Virus record (IMG/VR): IMGVR_UViG_3300030372_003692
Coordinates: 1-43,072 of that record
Length of the DNA stretch: 43,072 bases
Source: a virus
Taxonomy: Duplodnaviria > Caudoviricetes
Direction: 5' to 3' (one strand)
Shown: positions 17,519 through 27,770 of the stretch, in pieces
Layout of the letters: every line of letters begins with the position of its first letter
How positions within the stretch are numbered: position 1 is the stretch's first letter
Notes under the pieces: model-generated
Told to the model about the DNA's origin: nothing
Seen by the model: only the letters and a program-made list of their open reading frames with translations
The model's database searches: none
Made by a program: the position numbers and the translations under genes

Positions 17519-18453
17519 TGGCTCAAGAGTTATTCAGAAGAAACTACTTAGTCAGGATATCTGATTTAGATAGCGCTGGCGCTCAGGTCTCTTTTGAAGT
17601 TAGGCCACCTTTTGATATATCCTTTTCGTGTAATAGACGAATAAAGATGGCAAATAGTTTGAGTATAACTATTTTCGGACTAGGCGAAAGTAAAAGACTT
17701 TTATTAAGTAAGAGAAATTACGAACAGTCAAGAGCGCTTATAATTGAGAATGGAAAGTTAAAGTCAGATCCTATAGTGGGATTGAGGCCGCGCTCCACTG
17801 TAAGAGGGGCCAGAGAATTACAAATTGAATTGTTTGTTGGCTACGGTGATAACTCCAATTTAAGGCGCATATTTAGAGGCGAGATAAGAAAAGCGCGCAA
17901 TGTGTTAGGCGATAGAGGATTTGCTACAGAGATTGAAGCATTTACAAATATATCGACCAGAAACCGCGCTTTTACATCAAGAACTATTACGAATAGAAAA
18001 GAAGCTATTAAAAAATTAATGTTAGATGCTGGTCTCGAAATAGGAGAGATTAAACTTATAAACAATGAGTATATAAGACCTAAAGTGTTAAGCGGCAGGC
18101 CAATAGATATTTTAAGAAAAATGGCTAATGGTACGACAGAGCAGTTCACTGATGATAATGGAGTTGGGAACTTTATTCCTGTAGATACACCTTTAACTAA
18201 CACTAAAGTAAAAATAAATGCTAGTAAAGGTTTATTAGATACTCCTTCTAGACAAGCGGAATTTGTAACATTTAAAAGTTTAATGAATCCACGTTTTGAA
18301 CTTATGGGAAATATAGAGCTTGAAAGTTTTGTAGATCCTACGGTAAACGGTGAATATAAAATTTATGATATGGTTTTTGTTGGTGATTATGAAGGCCCGT
18401 CATGGGTTGTTGATATTGTCGCCAGAGCAATTAATGATACTTTATTACAATAG
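17518..18453 (+). CDS. Baseplate hub protein
   Basis: F.RNY, IELFVGY, IFRGEI and GLLDTP..LMNP motifs. Confidence 0.75.
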   Translation: MAQELFRRNYLVRISDLDSAGAQVSFEVRPPFDISFSCNRRIKMANSLSITIFGLGESKRLLLSKRNYEQSRALIIENGKLKSDPIVGLRPRSTVRGARELQIELFVGYGDNSNLRRIFRGEIRKARNVLGDRGFATEIEAFTNISTRNRAFTSRTITNRKEAIKKLMLDAGLEIGEIKLINNEYIRPKVLSGRPIDILRKMANGTTEQFTDDNGVGNFIPVDTPLTNTKVKINASKGLLDTPSRQAEFVTFKSLMNPRFELMGNIELESFVDPTVNGEYKIYDMVFVGDYEGPSWVVDIVARAINDTLLQ

Positions 18454-18459
18454 GTTATT

Positions 18460-18795
18460 ATGAAAAGAATAGAAAATATAGGAAATGAAGGACTTCAGAG
18501 TCAAGTAATACCGCTTTCAAATGGTGATGCAGTCTTGACTATTAGATTCTTGTCGCTGGTTCAGATTTGGACTATGGATGTAACCTATAACGAAAGAGCT
18601 ATATACGGCGTAAAACTTTCATGCGGTGTTATTCATATGCGCTCAAAAAACTTTCCGTTTGATTTTATAGTAGAAGATACAAGTAGCTCTGGTCTAGATC
18701 CTTTTCAGATAGAAGATTTTTCATCAGGCAGGACTATATTGTATTTAGTCGAAGCTGAAGAAATGGAAGAAATAAGAGGTCAAGCGGTTATATGA
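18460..18795 (+). CDS. Small baseplate protein
   Basis: LTIRF....W.MD and DPF..EDF..GR..LY pattern. Confidence 0.65.
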   Translation: MKRIENIGNEGLQSQVIPLSNGDAVLTIRFLSLVQIWTMDVTYNERAIYGVKLSCGVIHMRSKNFPFDFIVEDTSSSGLDPFQIEDFSSGRTILYLVEAEEMEEIRGQAVI

Positions 18796-19334
18796 TTGAT
18801 CCTGAAGTTATAGATCAGATAGCAGGCCGAGCTATAGAACAGATTCACACTACTTTAGTGGGGCGCGTTGTTGCCGTCGGATCTAAGACTATAGACGTTC
18901 AACCGGTGACTAAAAAAGTTCTTAACGGCTCTATTGTTGACATGCCTCTTTTTAAAGACGTACCGCCAATTTTTATGCAAGGCGGTAGTTCTTATGATGC
19001 TCACCCTATTTCAGTAGGTGACTACTGTTTATTATTTGTATGTGAAAGTAATATAGAACGCTGGTACGCCGGACAAGATGATTTTCAGCCAAATGAGGAC
19101 AGATCTTTTGACTATTCGGATTCTTTCGCTCTGGTTGGTGTCAATCCCTTATCATCAGCGGTAACAATTCCATCAACTACTACTAGTGTCGGTGATAAAA
19201 ATATAAATGGCACGTATACGCATACAGGAGACATAGTTTTAAATGGCGTTAGCTTAAATGATTTCATTAGTGACCATACTCACGGAGGCGTAGATTCTGG
19301 TTCTAATAATACTTCTATTCCTAATACATTGTGA
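18792..19334 (+). CDS. Baseplate central spike (gp138-like)
   Basis: OB-fold DVQP..PI.VGDYCLLFVCE and C-terminal metal-binding HTHGGV. Confidence 0.88.
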   Translation: MIDPEVIDQIAGRAIEQIHTTLVGRVVAVGSKTIDVQPVTKKVLNGSIVDMPLFKDVPPIFMQGGSSYDAHPISVGDYCLLFVCESNIERWYAGQDDFQPNEDRSFDYSDSFALVGVNPLSSAVTIPSTTTSVGDKNINGTYTHTGDIVLNGVSLNDFISDHTHGGVDSGSNNTSIPNTL

Positions 19335-19341
19335 GAATAAT

Positions 19342-19698
19342 ATGTCAGTTTCTAGATTAGATGAAAATGGTGATTGGACATTCGGCCAAGGTTTAGCAGG
19401 ATATATAACCGGATCTGAAGAGATTCAGCAAAACTTAGTAACTAGAATAAAGAGCTTTAAGAATGATTGGTTTTTAGATACTGATGCCTATATAGATTGG
19501 TTTAATCTTCTAAGTAATAGAAATACTGAAGAAACGACCAAGGCGCAACTATCTAAAACAGTGCTTGACACGAAAGGAATAAACACTTTAAATCAATTAA
19601 ATTTTATATTGAATAGAGAAAACAGAACAGCTGATATACAATTAACTTATACAGATATTTACGGGGCTTCAACCAGTGTGACGGTTCCGGTAGGATAG
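19342..19698 (+). CDS. Baseplate wedge/sheath initiator (gp25-like)
   Basis: RLDENGDWTFG.G, WFLD and TDIYG motifs. Confidence 0.8.
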   Translation: MSVSRLDENGDWTFGQGLAGYITGSEEIQQNLVTRIKSFKNDWFLDTDAYIDWFNLLSNRNTEETTKAQLSKTVLDTKGINTLNQLNFILNRENRTADIQLTYTDIYGASTSVTVPVG

Positions 19699-19707
19699 GA
19701 AAGAGAA

Positions 19708-20880
19708 ATGCCACTTCAATTTACCGCCGAAGGCGTAGAAATAGAAACGTTCGACGAAATCTATAACAGAGTTGCAGACGGTCTAAAAAATATTTATGGG
19801 GCTGATATTAATTTGGCTCAGGAATCGCCAGACGGTCAAAGAGTCGGCATAATAGTTAAAGAAATTTTGGACGGTCAAAGCTTCGGGCAACTCTTATATT
19901 CGCAGCTCGATGTTGATTTCAATTTCGGAACTTTTCAAGATGTTATTGCTAAGATAGCCGGAGTATTCAGGCGTCCTGCCTCCTTGTCTCAGGCGGATAT
20001 AAATTTAGTTTCTGATAGAATTTTAACTTTAGAAGCTGGTTATACTATCGAGGACGACAACGGCCAAAAATGGCTAACAGATTCAGATAATTCTATAGTG
20101 GCAGGAAGTAATACTATTACAGTATTTGCCGAACAGTTTGGAGCAATTTCAGCAGCAGCAAATACTATAAATACACCAGTTTCTATAGTTTTAGGTGTGA
20201 CCTCTGTAACTAATCCACTAGATGCGGTTGTCGGTGTAGATGAGGAAAAAGATTCTGAATTAAGAGTTAAAAGAAATGAGTCTGTAGAAAATCCAGCTTA
20301 TTCTACTCTTGGAAGTATAGTCGCCAAAGTTTACAATTTATCTGGTGTTACTGATGTAGATTATTATGAAAACGACACAGACGTTTTTGACGCTACATTA
20401 AACTTAAACGGTCATCATATCTGGCTAATCATAGAAGGTGGTGAAATAGCCGATATAGCAGAAGTTTTTGCAAAAAATAAAACAGGCGGCACAGGCACAA
20501 AGGGATCTACTACAGGTACATTTACAGAGACTATAACAAAAGCTGATGGTAGTACTTTTACAGTTACACACACTTATAAATTTGACAGGCCAACTGAAAC
20601 TCCTTTGTATGTCCAATTAGACGCAAAAAGAAGAGATCCGGCGCAACCTATAGACACAGCTTTAATAGCTCAAAAAATAGCAGAAAGAAAATTTACAATT
20701 TCAGAAGATGCTGACGCTTCCAGTCTATACGCTGACGCTTACCAAGCAGGCACTAACTTTATTTTATCGAGTCTTGAAGTTTCAGACGACAATGTAACTT
20801 ATACAGATATGTCGATTGATGCTACAGCGGGGAATAAATTTACATTAGATGTAAGTAATATTACAGTAACGGAGATTTAA
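19708..20880 (+). CDS. Baseplate J-like wedge protein
   Basis: SPDGQ, VTNP..A.VG.DEE.DSELR and FDRP motifs. Confidence 0.9.
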   Translation: MPLQFTAEGVEIETFDEIYNRVADGLKNIYGADINLAQESPDGQRVGIIVKEILDGQSFGQLLYSQLDVDFNFGTFQDVIAKIAGVFRRPASLSQADINLVSDRILTLEAGYTIEDDNGQKWLTDSDNSIVAGSNTITVFAEQFGAISAAANTINTPVSIVLGVTSVTNPLDAVVGVDEEKDSELRVKRNESVENPAYSTLGSIVAKVYNLSGVTDVDYYENDTDVFDATLNLNGHHIWLIIEGGEIADIAEVFAKNKTGGTGTKGSTTGTFTETITKADGSTFTVTHTYKFDRPTETPLYVQLDAKRRDPAQPIDTALIAQKIAERKFTISEDADASSLYADAYQAGTNFILSSLEVSDDNVTYTDMSIDATAGNKFTLDVSNITVTEI

Positions 20881-20883
20881 AGA

Positions 20884-22185
20884 ATGTCTGATTTCACAGA
20901 CATATACAAAGAGCTGGTAATACTTCAGTACTACTCAAAAGAAAAAGCACAAGCTGAAATAAAACTTTGGTCAGATGAGTTTGAGAATGTTTATTCTTTT
21001 TTAAATCAATTTTTTACTGAATTTGACCTAGATCAAGCTACTGGTGATAGACTGGATAAGATAGGCAAGATAGTGGGGCAAAGTCGAATAGTAGAAGGTG
21101 GGGTAGCAAAAAAATTTTTTGGATATTTAGGTGCGCCTAACTCATTAGGATATAATGAAGGACGTTATTTTACTGAAGGTGACGATCTTTTTACAGATTC
21201 AGAGCTTACAGATGGCCAATATAAAATTTTTATAAAAGCTAAAGTTTCAAAAAATAATGCCTCCGCTATTATAACCGGAAATGGAAGAGACGGACTTCAG
21301 GACGCTATACAGCTTTTATTTAATGGCTCAGGTTATGTTTATGACAATCAGGACATGAGTTTAAATCTTTATATAGATAATACATTTTCAGAAAATGATT
21401 TAGATTTAATAATAAAAGCAAATTTATTACCAAAACCACAAGCAGTAAGATATAGATGGATTGTGCAAACACCTACACTACCTTTTGGGTATTTAGGCGC
21501 GCCAAATTCAGCGGGTTATGGTGTAGGTGAATATTCAAAATTATTAGGAACTGTATTTCCTACACCTCCTGTACCTCCACCACCAAGCACATCAAAACTA
21601 TATAGAGTGCATGAAACTTCTTCTACATTTCCTCCTAATGTTACTTTAGTTAATCCTTCAGGCAGTTCCTTAAATGCTTTAGAAGTAGAGCATGGTCAAC
21701 CGACAGGAGGACAAGAAATATCAGCAGTATATTTTATTTTCCATGCTACAAAAACAGAATTAGAAAACAACGAAATAATATGGCAGACTAGTACATCTAA
21801 TCAAAATGCTAATCCTAGTCCTGCTGATAATGGACAAGCAGAAAGATATTTATATCTATACAATGGTTATTTAGAACCGGATGACTCACTTTTTGTTAAT
21901 AATACTTTTCCTTTGCTCGGTACACAAATAAGAAAATATAATGCTGGTGATAGTACGTCTTATACTACTACAGAGACAGTCCCAAATCTAAGCACCTTTG
22001 GCGAAGATATTTCTATTATTGTTATCTTTAATTCTACTAATTCAAAAAGGGATGTTGTTACATTTCTTATAAATTTAATCATACAGGAAAACCCTCTTAA
22101 TATTATAAGAAATATGAATATTGCAGATTTAGAGTTTTCTGAGACAGGCAACGACGGTAATAGTGATTTCGGAGAGTTGGTATAA
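20884..22185 (+). CDS. DUF2612-type baseplate wedge protein with Pro linker and extra C-terminal domain
   Basis: LILQY, FDLDQATGDRLDKIGKIVG and LLPKPQAV motifs, then PTPPVPPPP and about 200 further aa. Confidence 0.8.
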   Translation: MSDFTDIYKELVILQYYSKEKAQAEIKLWSDEFENVYSFLNQFFTEFDLDQATGDRLDKIGKIVGQSRIVEGGVAKKFFGYLGAPNSLGYNEGRYFTEGDDLFTDSELTDGQYKIFIKAKVSKNNASAIITGNGRDGLQDAIQLLFNGSGYVYDNQDMSLNLYIDNTFSENDLDLIIKANLLPKPQAVRYRWIVQTPTLPFGYLGAPNSAGYGVGEYSKLLGTVFPTPPVPPPPSTSKLYRVHETSSTFPPNVTLVNPSGSSLNALEVEHGQPTGGQEISAVYFIFHATKTELENNEIIWQTSTSNQNANPSPADNGQAERYLYLYNGYLEPDDSLFVNNTFPLLGTQIRKYNAGDSTSYTTTETVPNLSTFGEDISIIVIFNSTNSKRDVVTFLINLIIQENPLNIIRNMNIADLEFSETGNDGNSDFGELV

Positions 22186-22187
22186 GT

Positions 22188-22535
22188 ATGAAAAATAAAG
22201 ATGATTTAATAGAATTAATAGAAAGCCTACAGGCTGGAAGTATTAGAGCTTGTCAAGATTCTATAGACTGGATTAAGCAACAGCCTGATTTAGATACCTC
22301 TCTTAATGACGCGCCTGCAGACTGGTGGAGTTTTTTAATAGCTTGTCGTGTAGATTTAGCAGAAGAATGCGAAAAAAGAAATAGATTTAACTCTTTTTTA
22401 GATAGAAATTGGTTTCATATTTTAAGAGTGCATCCACAGCTAGTAAAATATTGCGAATGGTTAAATTTACCTGATTCTTATAAAAAGCGTATTATTAAAA
22501 GTAAGCCCGAAATTTTAAAATATATAAATATATGA
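22188..22535 (+). CDS. Hypothetical protein with W..hL...P.L...C repeats
   Basis: ORF in operon with GGAG RBS. Confidence 0.6.
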   Translation: MKNKDDLIELIESLQAGSIRACQDSIDWIKQQPDLDTSLNDAPADWWSFLIACRVDLAEECEKRNRFNSFLDRNWFHILRVHPQLVKYCEWLNLPDSYKKRIIKSKPEILKYINI

Positions 22536-22735
22536 AAAAATTATTATTAATATTTATAACAATTCTACTTACAGGCTGTTCTACTACTATCGTTTGGGCT
22601 CCTAAATACGTCGAGATAAAAGGCCAAAATCAAGACATAGAAATAGACGCTGAATTTAAAGGATCTGACATTGAGGATTTAAAAGCCAACCAAAAAGCAG
22701 ACGGTAAATTGGAGATTCCTTTAATAGGTCAGTAA
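22532..22735 (+). CDS. Lipoprotein (possible spanin-like)
   Basis: Signal peptide MKKLLLIFITILLTGC with LTGC lipobox. Confidence 0.75.
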   Translation: MKKLLLIFITILLTGCSTTIVWAPKYVEIKGQNQDIEIDAEFKGSDIEDLKANQKADGKLEIPLIGQ

Positions 22736-22736
22736 T

Positions 22737-23156
22737 ATGAGTTTTCATAGTAAATATAAAAAAATTTCTCCTTGGTGGCGGCTCATAAATCAAGAGTTTG
22801 AGTTGTTAATCCCTCATGCAAGGATGACACTAATATTCAATAAGACTTATGAAGATGAGTTTGTTAAGTTAAATAAAAACGGTGTTTTAACTGTAAAGGC
22901 TGGTTTTAGATGGGGGGCTTCAGGCCCGACAATCGATACTAAGTCAAGCAGAGAGGCTAGTCTTTTTCATGACGCTATTTATTATTTATCTGATAAAGGC
23001 TTATTTGAAGGTGACGATTCTCGCAAAATGAGACAGATTGCAGATGATTTACTTTATAAAATATGTATAGAGAATATTATGTTTAAATGGCGCGCTAAAG
23101 CATGGCTAACAACTTTAGAAATATTTGGCGGCTTTGCATGGGAATCAAAAAAGTAA
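22737..23156 (+). CDS. DUF1353-like protein
   Basis: GF.WGASGP, SLFHDAIY and R..AD..L motifs. Confidence 0.7.
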   Translation: MSFHSKYKKISPWWRLINQEFELLIPHARMTLIFNKTYEDEFVKLNKNGVLTVKAGFRWGASGPTIDTKSSREASLFHDAIYYLSDKGLFEGDDSRKMRQIADDLLYKICIENIMFKWRAKAWLTTLEIFGGFAWESKK

Positions 23157-23178
23157 TTTTAATTATAAAGGTTTCATA

Positions 23179-23586
23179 ATGAGTTGTAGCACAGGACAGG
23201 CTTTATTTACTGAAAATAACGGTAATAATCAGATTCCTATTAGTACTTATTGGTCAAGGACTGTAAGTGTATCTGTAAACGGCCAATCAAGAATATATAA
23301 TGACATAACTTTATCTGGTTGTATAGAAGTTAAGGATGCTAATGGCGCTATTCTTGATATTCCATTAACTGAACAAGTAAACGATAGCACAACTGGAATA
23401 TACAAAGTCCCTGCTGTCTCTCCTGCCACTGATATAATTTCTTGGAAGTTTTCTTTTGATGTTGCGACTACAACAGATATTACAGCAGGATTTTATAATT
23501 TTACTGTTTTTGGTACTCCTTTAGATGGTAAAAAGTACGTTGAATTAATTGGCGTTATAGAGTTTGCTGAAACTCAGGATTGTTAA
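23179..23586 (+). CDS. Putative structural adaptor (BppU N-like beta sandwich)
   Basis: Beta-rich, ending TTDITAGFYNF...ELIGVIEF. Confidence 0.45.
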   Translation: MSCSTGQALFTENNGNNQIPISTYWSRTVSVSVNGQSRIYNDITLSGCIEVKDANGAILDIPLTEQVNDSTTGIYKVPAVSPATDIISWKFSFDVATTTDITAGFYNFTVFGTPLDGKKYVELIGVIEFAETQDC

Positions 23587-23588
23587 TC

Positions 23589-23945
23589 GTGTCAATAGAA
23601 ATTTCAATTACTGGCGACACAATAGAAACAACTGTAGTCGGCGGCTCTAAAGAAATTACCATTTTAGGTAGTGGTGATAATACTATAATTAATGCAGGGG
23701 TTGAAGGTAAACAAGGGCCGGTAGCCTCTCCTGATTGGGGGTATTATATAAATAATGCACAATATAACAGAAATGATACAATTATTACATCAGGTATAGT
23801 AAGAGATTATATATTAGGAATCAATACAATATATAGATTTACCACGACTTTAAAAAATGCTAATGGTTACTTTTTGGAAGATTCTTTTTATAGTGATTTT
23901 GATGGAGTTAATTTAACTAATCTTTTAGCTACGAGAGGCTTATAA
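23589..23945 (+). CDS. Putative virion appendage protein with short collagen-like motif
   Basis: IINAGVEGKQGP motif shared with 28275-28838; start GTG 23589 or TTG 23580. Confidence 0.55.
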   Translation: MSIEISITGDTIETTVVGGSKEITILGSGDNTIINAGVEGKQGPVASPDWGYYINNAQYNRNDTIITSGIVRDYILGINTIYRFTTTLKNANGYFLEDSFYSDFDGVNLTNLLATRGL

Positions 23946-24148
23946 TGTATGGATTGACATACCTTCTTGATAATTTCGAAGATATCGGATATGTGGGAGA
24001 CTGGAATGGCAGCGATTTTGTTCATATCGTAAATAGATATTATGGTGATCCTCACGAAATAAGTAAAATTAATTTCTTAACATATTATGAATTAAAAACA
24101 GATGACTTTTACAAAATAAAGCCTGAATATATCCAAGGTGGTGCATAA
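23945..24148 (+). CDS. Hypothetical protein
   Basis: TAATG-coupled on both sides. Confidence 0.6.
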   Translation: MYGLTYLLDNFEDIGYVGDWNGSDFVHIVNRYYGDPHEISKINFLTYYELKTDDFYKIKPEYIQGGA

Positions 24149-26085
24149 TGGCTATGACCAACATGGGCACCTTTTCCACTGTTAATGGTGTCAGAGAATA
24201 TACTACAGCTAATAATTTAGTAGGTACATGTTCAGCAACCGACGAAACATTTCTATTACGTACAAATAGTGCAGCTATAAGAGCAAGTACTTCAGGGACT
24301 TCTGTTGATTTTTTAAGATGTCAAATACATATAGAAGATGTAACGCCTAGTCTTTGGTTTAATATAAGTGAAGCTCCTCTAAGCTATAATGGAGATAATA
24401 ATAATAGAAATATATCTGACCGATTCTTAAATTTTGAAGATTCTAGTATAATATTTTTTTTAACCTCTATTAGAGGTTTGTTTATTTCTAATTGTATAAA
24501 TTCAAGAATCGTAAATAAAGATTCAAATGCTACTCTTCTTTTATATACTCAGTCAGGAGCGTCTTTGTCAAGAATGCAGCTAAATGGGTGTGGATGGGAA
24601 TTGAACGGACAACCTGTAACCGCTGATAATATAAGAATAGAAAATACTGGTGAAGGCCCTGTTAATTTTTTTGTTCCTAGAATAGATCTATCCTATATTA
24701 CATTAGTAAATGTGCAACGATCCTGCAGAATGGGTACTGCCTCTGGTGGTAATGTAAAATTATTCATGTGGAATCGATTAGCATTAGATAACACTACAGT
24801 TAATCATCAAGCGGCGGCAAATGAGTACAATGACGGCATTACTTCAAGTTGGAAATTTAGAGATAGAGACTTAGGAACAGATGTAGAAGATGTCCTTTTA
24901 ATAGTGTCAGATGATAGAGATACTGCAAGCACAATAATCGAAAAAGGTCGTTACACTACTAATTCTAGTGGAGTTCTAACAGGAACTTATGATTCTCAAT
25001 TTAGGACGACAGGCGCTAATCAAGTAAGAGATACAGTTTATATACATGAAAATTACAGTGATACTTCAGGCAGTACAATTACTCCTCCTGTAGGGTTAAG
25101 CTATGATTTAATAAATGTTACAACTAGAATAGAAATAAGGTCATATTTACATCAAGCTCCTACTGGTTACATAGTAGGCGATGATTATGCATTAACTACA
25201 TTTCAAGGTCTATTAGCGCCTGATGGAACAGTAGAGACTTATCAAATATTCACATTAAACAATGATTTAAATATTACAGAAACAAATACTGCTACAGTTT
25301 TAGCTTATACTGATTTTGGCACTACTGAAAAGTTACACGATAGAGCAAAGCTAGAATGGCGTAATAATGACAATTACGCATTGATTTCTAAAGTAGGTTC
25401 ACAGCTAGATATAGGATCAATTGATCTAACTATTGATGCAGCTGCTTCTCCTGATTATTCAGCAACATTTACAACTATCACAGCTAAAGCAGCTATTTAT
25501 ACAGGTGGGGTTACAGCTACAGCCGGAGATCTTACTACCCTTAACGGGACTTTACTTTCTGGAGGTACTTTTGATTGTGACATTAATTATCAATCAGGTG
25601 CAAGTACAACGATTACAGAAATTACTTGCACTGGCACAGTAAAATTTATTGAATCAGGAACTTATACGGTTGACGGCGGTAGCATTAATGATGTTACTAG
25701 TTCAGTAAGTGGCGTAACTTTATCTTTAATCAATGGCGCTACAGTAACCACAAATAGCAGTCCGGCAAATATAGCCATACAAAATCCAGTAACAGTACGT
25801 GTTACAGCTTTAGATGCAAGCGGTTCACCTATTCAGGGCGCAAGAGCTTATCTCGAAGCGGGTGCAGGTGGTGATTTAGCTCAAGGCACAGAAATTTTAA
25901 ACGCTTTAACAAATGCAAGCGGAATAGCTGAGATAACAAATTTTAATTATACTAACGACCAACCACTGCAAAATAGTCGAGTCCGAAAAGGTACAAATAC
26001 GCCTGTATATGTTACCAGTACTATTTCCGGCACTATAGAAAACACTGGTTTAAATTCAATAGTAATAATGATAAGCGATGAATAA
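24148..26085 (+). CDS. Large Thr/Ser/Asn-rich virion protein (fibre/spike-like, C-terminal Ig-like domain)
   Basis: 645 aa, beta-helix-like composition; C-terminal VTVRVTALDASGSPIQGARAY...TNASGIA. Confidence 0.6.
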   Translation: MAMTNMGTFSTVNGVREYTTANNLVGTCSATDETFLLRTNSAAIRASTSGTSVDFLRCQIHIEDVTPSLWFNISEAPLSYNGDNNNRNISDRFLNFEDSSIIFFLTSIRGLFISNCINSRIVNKDSNATLLLYTQSGASLSRMQLNGCGWELNGQPVTADNIRIENTGEGPVNFFVPRIDLSYITLVNVQRSCRMGTASGGNVKLFMWNRLALDNTTVNHQAAANEYNDGITSSWKFRDRDLGTDVEDVLLIVSDDRDTASTIIEKGRYTTNSSGVLTGTYDSQFRTTGANQVRDTVYIHENYSDTSGSTITPPVGLSYDLINVTTRIEIRSYLHQAPTGYIVGDDYALTTFQGLLAPDGTVETYQIFTLNNDLNITETNTATVLAYTDFGTTEKLHDRAKLEWRNNDNYALISKVGSQLDIGSIDLTIDAAASPDYSATFTTITAKAAIYTGGVTATAGDLTTLNGTLLSGGTFDCDINYQSGASTTITEITCTGTVKFIESGTYTVDGGSINDVTSSVSGVTLSLINGATVTTNSSPANIAIQNPVTVRVTALDASGSPIQGARAYLEAGAGGDLAQGTEILNALTNASGIAEITNFNYTNDQPLQNSRVRKGTNTPVYVTSTISGTIENTGLNSIVIMISDE

Positions 26086-26105
26086 AATATATAAAGGAGT
26101 ATTAA

Positions 26106-27764
26106 ATGGCTATAGAAAATGACTTTTCGGTTGCAGTTAATGGTGATATAAGATACACAGGTACAACTGCTAATTATACAGTATTAGAGCTTCATAGGTT
26201 CTTACAAGATTTGGCTGACGATGCATCTTCTTCAGGTGATGATTTATTGGATATAACAAATATAAATCCATCATTAAGAAGTACAGATCAAATTATTACA
26301 TTAAATGCTCCTTATAATATAGATGATTCTACAGCAGAGCATATTTATGGCGGTAGTATTACGCAATCTGGAGGAGATGTAATTTATTCAGGTTTGCAGG
26401 TTATCGGCTCTGTATTTAGTCCATCAACCGAGCTTCAGATAGTTCAGAACAATACTCTATTAACTAACTATTGGAGTACTGGTTTAAATACCAGCGATGG
26501 TTCATTATTGAGAATAGTTGTTAAGTCTAGGACTGGCGGCGCGGATATCGACGGAAAAAGAATCAGAGTGCAAGCGCGTGAACTTGGTGACACTTATGCA
26601 GAGTTTGAAGTTACACTAGGTCAAGGAGAATCAGTAGCGGCGATTTCAACACAGCAAGACTTGAATAACCAGACAGCCGCCGGAACTATTGCCACCTGGA
26701 ATACTATCACTAATGTTGAGGGGTATCAATTAATAGACCTTAATAACGGTAATGGGCCACAGCCTTATTATTCTCAATGGAATATTGGATCACAGAGCTT
26801 AAATGAATTGTATGAGCGCACTAAATGGATTCAAAGAAGAGGTACATCACAAACTATACACGGTATAAACGGTGAATTATTTCGCGGCATAACTCATAGC
26901 TTTGCTTATGACAACGAATCAAGCGGCCCTTTTCAAGAAGATGAAATTATTTCATGGGGTACGGGGTTAACTTCAGGAACTGGTCTACTACTCGCTTTAG
27001 ATGATAACGGCGCGACAAGAAATATGTATATTCAATTATTGACGGGTGTCGTTCCTGTTAATAATATTACTGTAACTGGTAATAATACCTCTGCTACAGC
27101 TGATGTAGACGGATCTGTAACAGCTAGAACTATATCAACGGCTTTTATAGGTACTAGCACAGGAACTAATATTATAGGCGCTTATGGCATAGGCATAGAA
27201 GCTTCAGATATTAATGCAAGTGACACTTTATTTGATCTAAATAATACTCAGCAGGTTCCGCCTAACAATCAAACATTTACAGTAACTAATTTAGTTGCTA
27301 GTGAAGATAGAGTTTTAGTTACTGCCAATGATGGCGCGGACGAGGTTGATTATGACCAATTTAGTTTAAATACTACATTAAGTGGAGCAGCAGAGACTTC
27401 AGTAGTAGTAACAACAACTATACCTACTGACACGCCTAATGCAGGCACTATTAGAGTTCAAACTGATAGTGGTATTTATAAACTAATAACTTATACGAGC
27501 TATACAGGCAGCACTTTTACTATTAACTCTTCAGACTTCAGCTCTGATAACGCGACTGCTTCAAACAATGTTTTTATATCGTATATTGATGAAACTGCTA
27601 GTAGTACGACAGCATCATATACAGCAGTATATGCTACAGATAGAAGTTTATTAGTAAATGTTAGAAATGGTACTGGAACTATAAAAATAGTACCTTTCAA
27701 GACTCCGTCAACTTTTGGAAGTGCTGGCGGTAGTGTATCAACTATAAGAAATCCAGATGTGTAA
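26106..27764 (+). CDS. Large virion structural protein
   Basis: 552 aa, Thr-rich; N-terminus MAIENDFSVAVNGDIRY..YTVLELHRFLQDLADD recalled from uncultured tailed phages; strong RBS. Confidence 0.65.
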   Translation: MAIENDFSVAVNGDIRYTGTTANYTVLELHRFLQDLADDASSSGDDLLDITNINPSLRSTDQIITLNAPYNIDDSTAEHIYGGSITQSGGDVIYSGLQVIGSVFSPSTELQIVQNNTLLTNYWSTGLNTSDGSLLRIVVKSRTGGADIDGKRIRVQARELGDTYAEFEVTLGQGESVAAISTQQDLNNQTAAGTIATWNTITNVEGYQLIDLNNGNGPQPYYSQWNIGSQSLNELYERTKWIQRRGTSQTIHGINGELFRGITHSFAYDNESSGPFQEDEIISWGTGLTSGTGLLLALDDNGATRNMYIQLLTGVVPVNNITVTGNNTSATADVDGSVTARTISTAFIGTSTGTNIIGAYGIGIEASDINASDTLFDLNNTQQVPPNNQTFTVTNLVASEDRVLVTANDGADEVDYDQFSLNTTLSGAAETSVVVTTTIPTDTPNAGTIRVQTDSGIYKLITYTSYTGSTFTINSSDFSSDNATASNNVFISYIDETASSTTASYTAVYATDRSLLVNVRNGTGTIKIVPFKTPSTFGSAGGSVSTIRNPDV

Positions 27765-27770
27765 AAAAAC

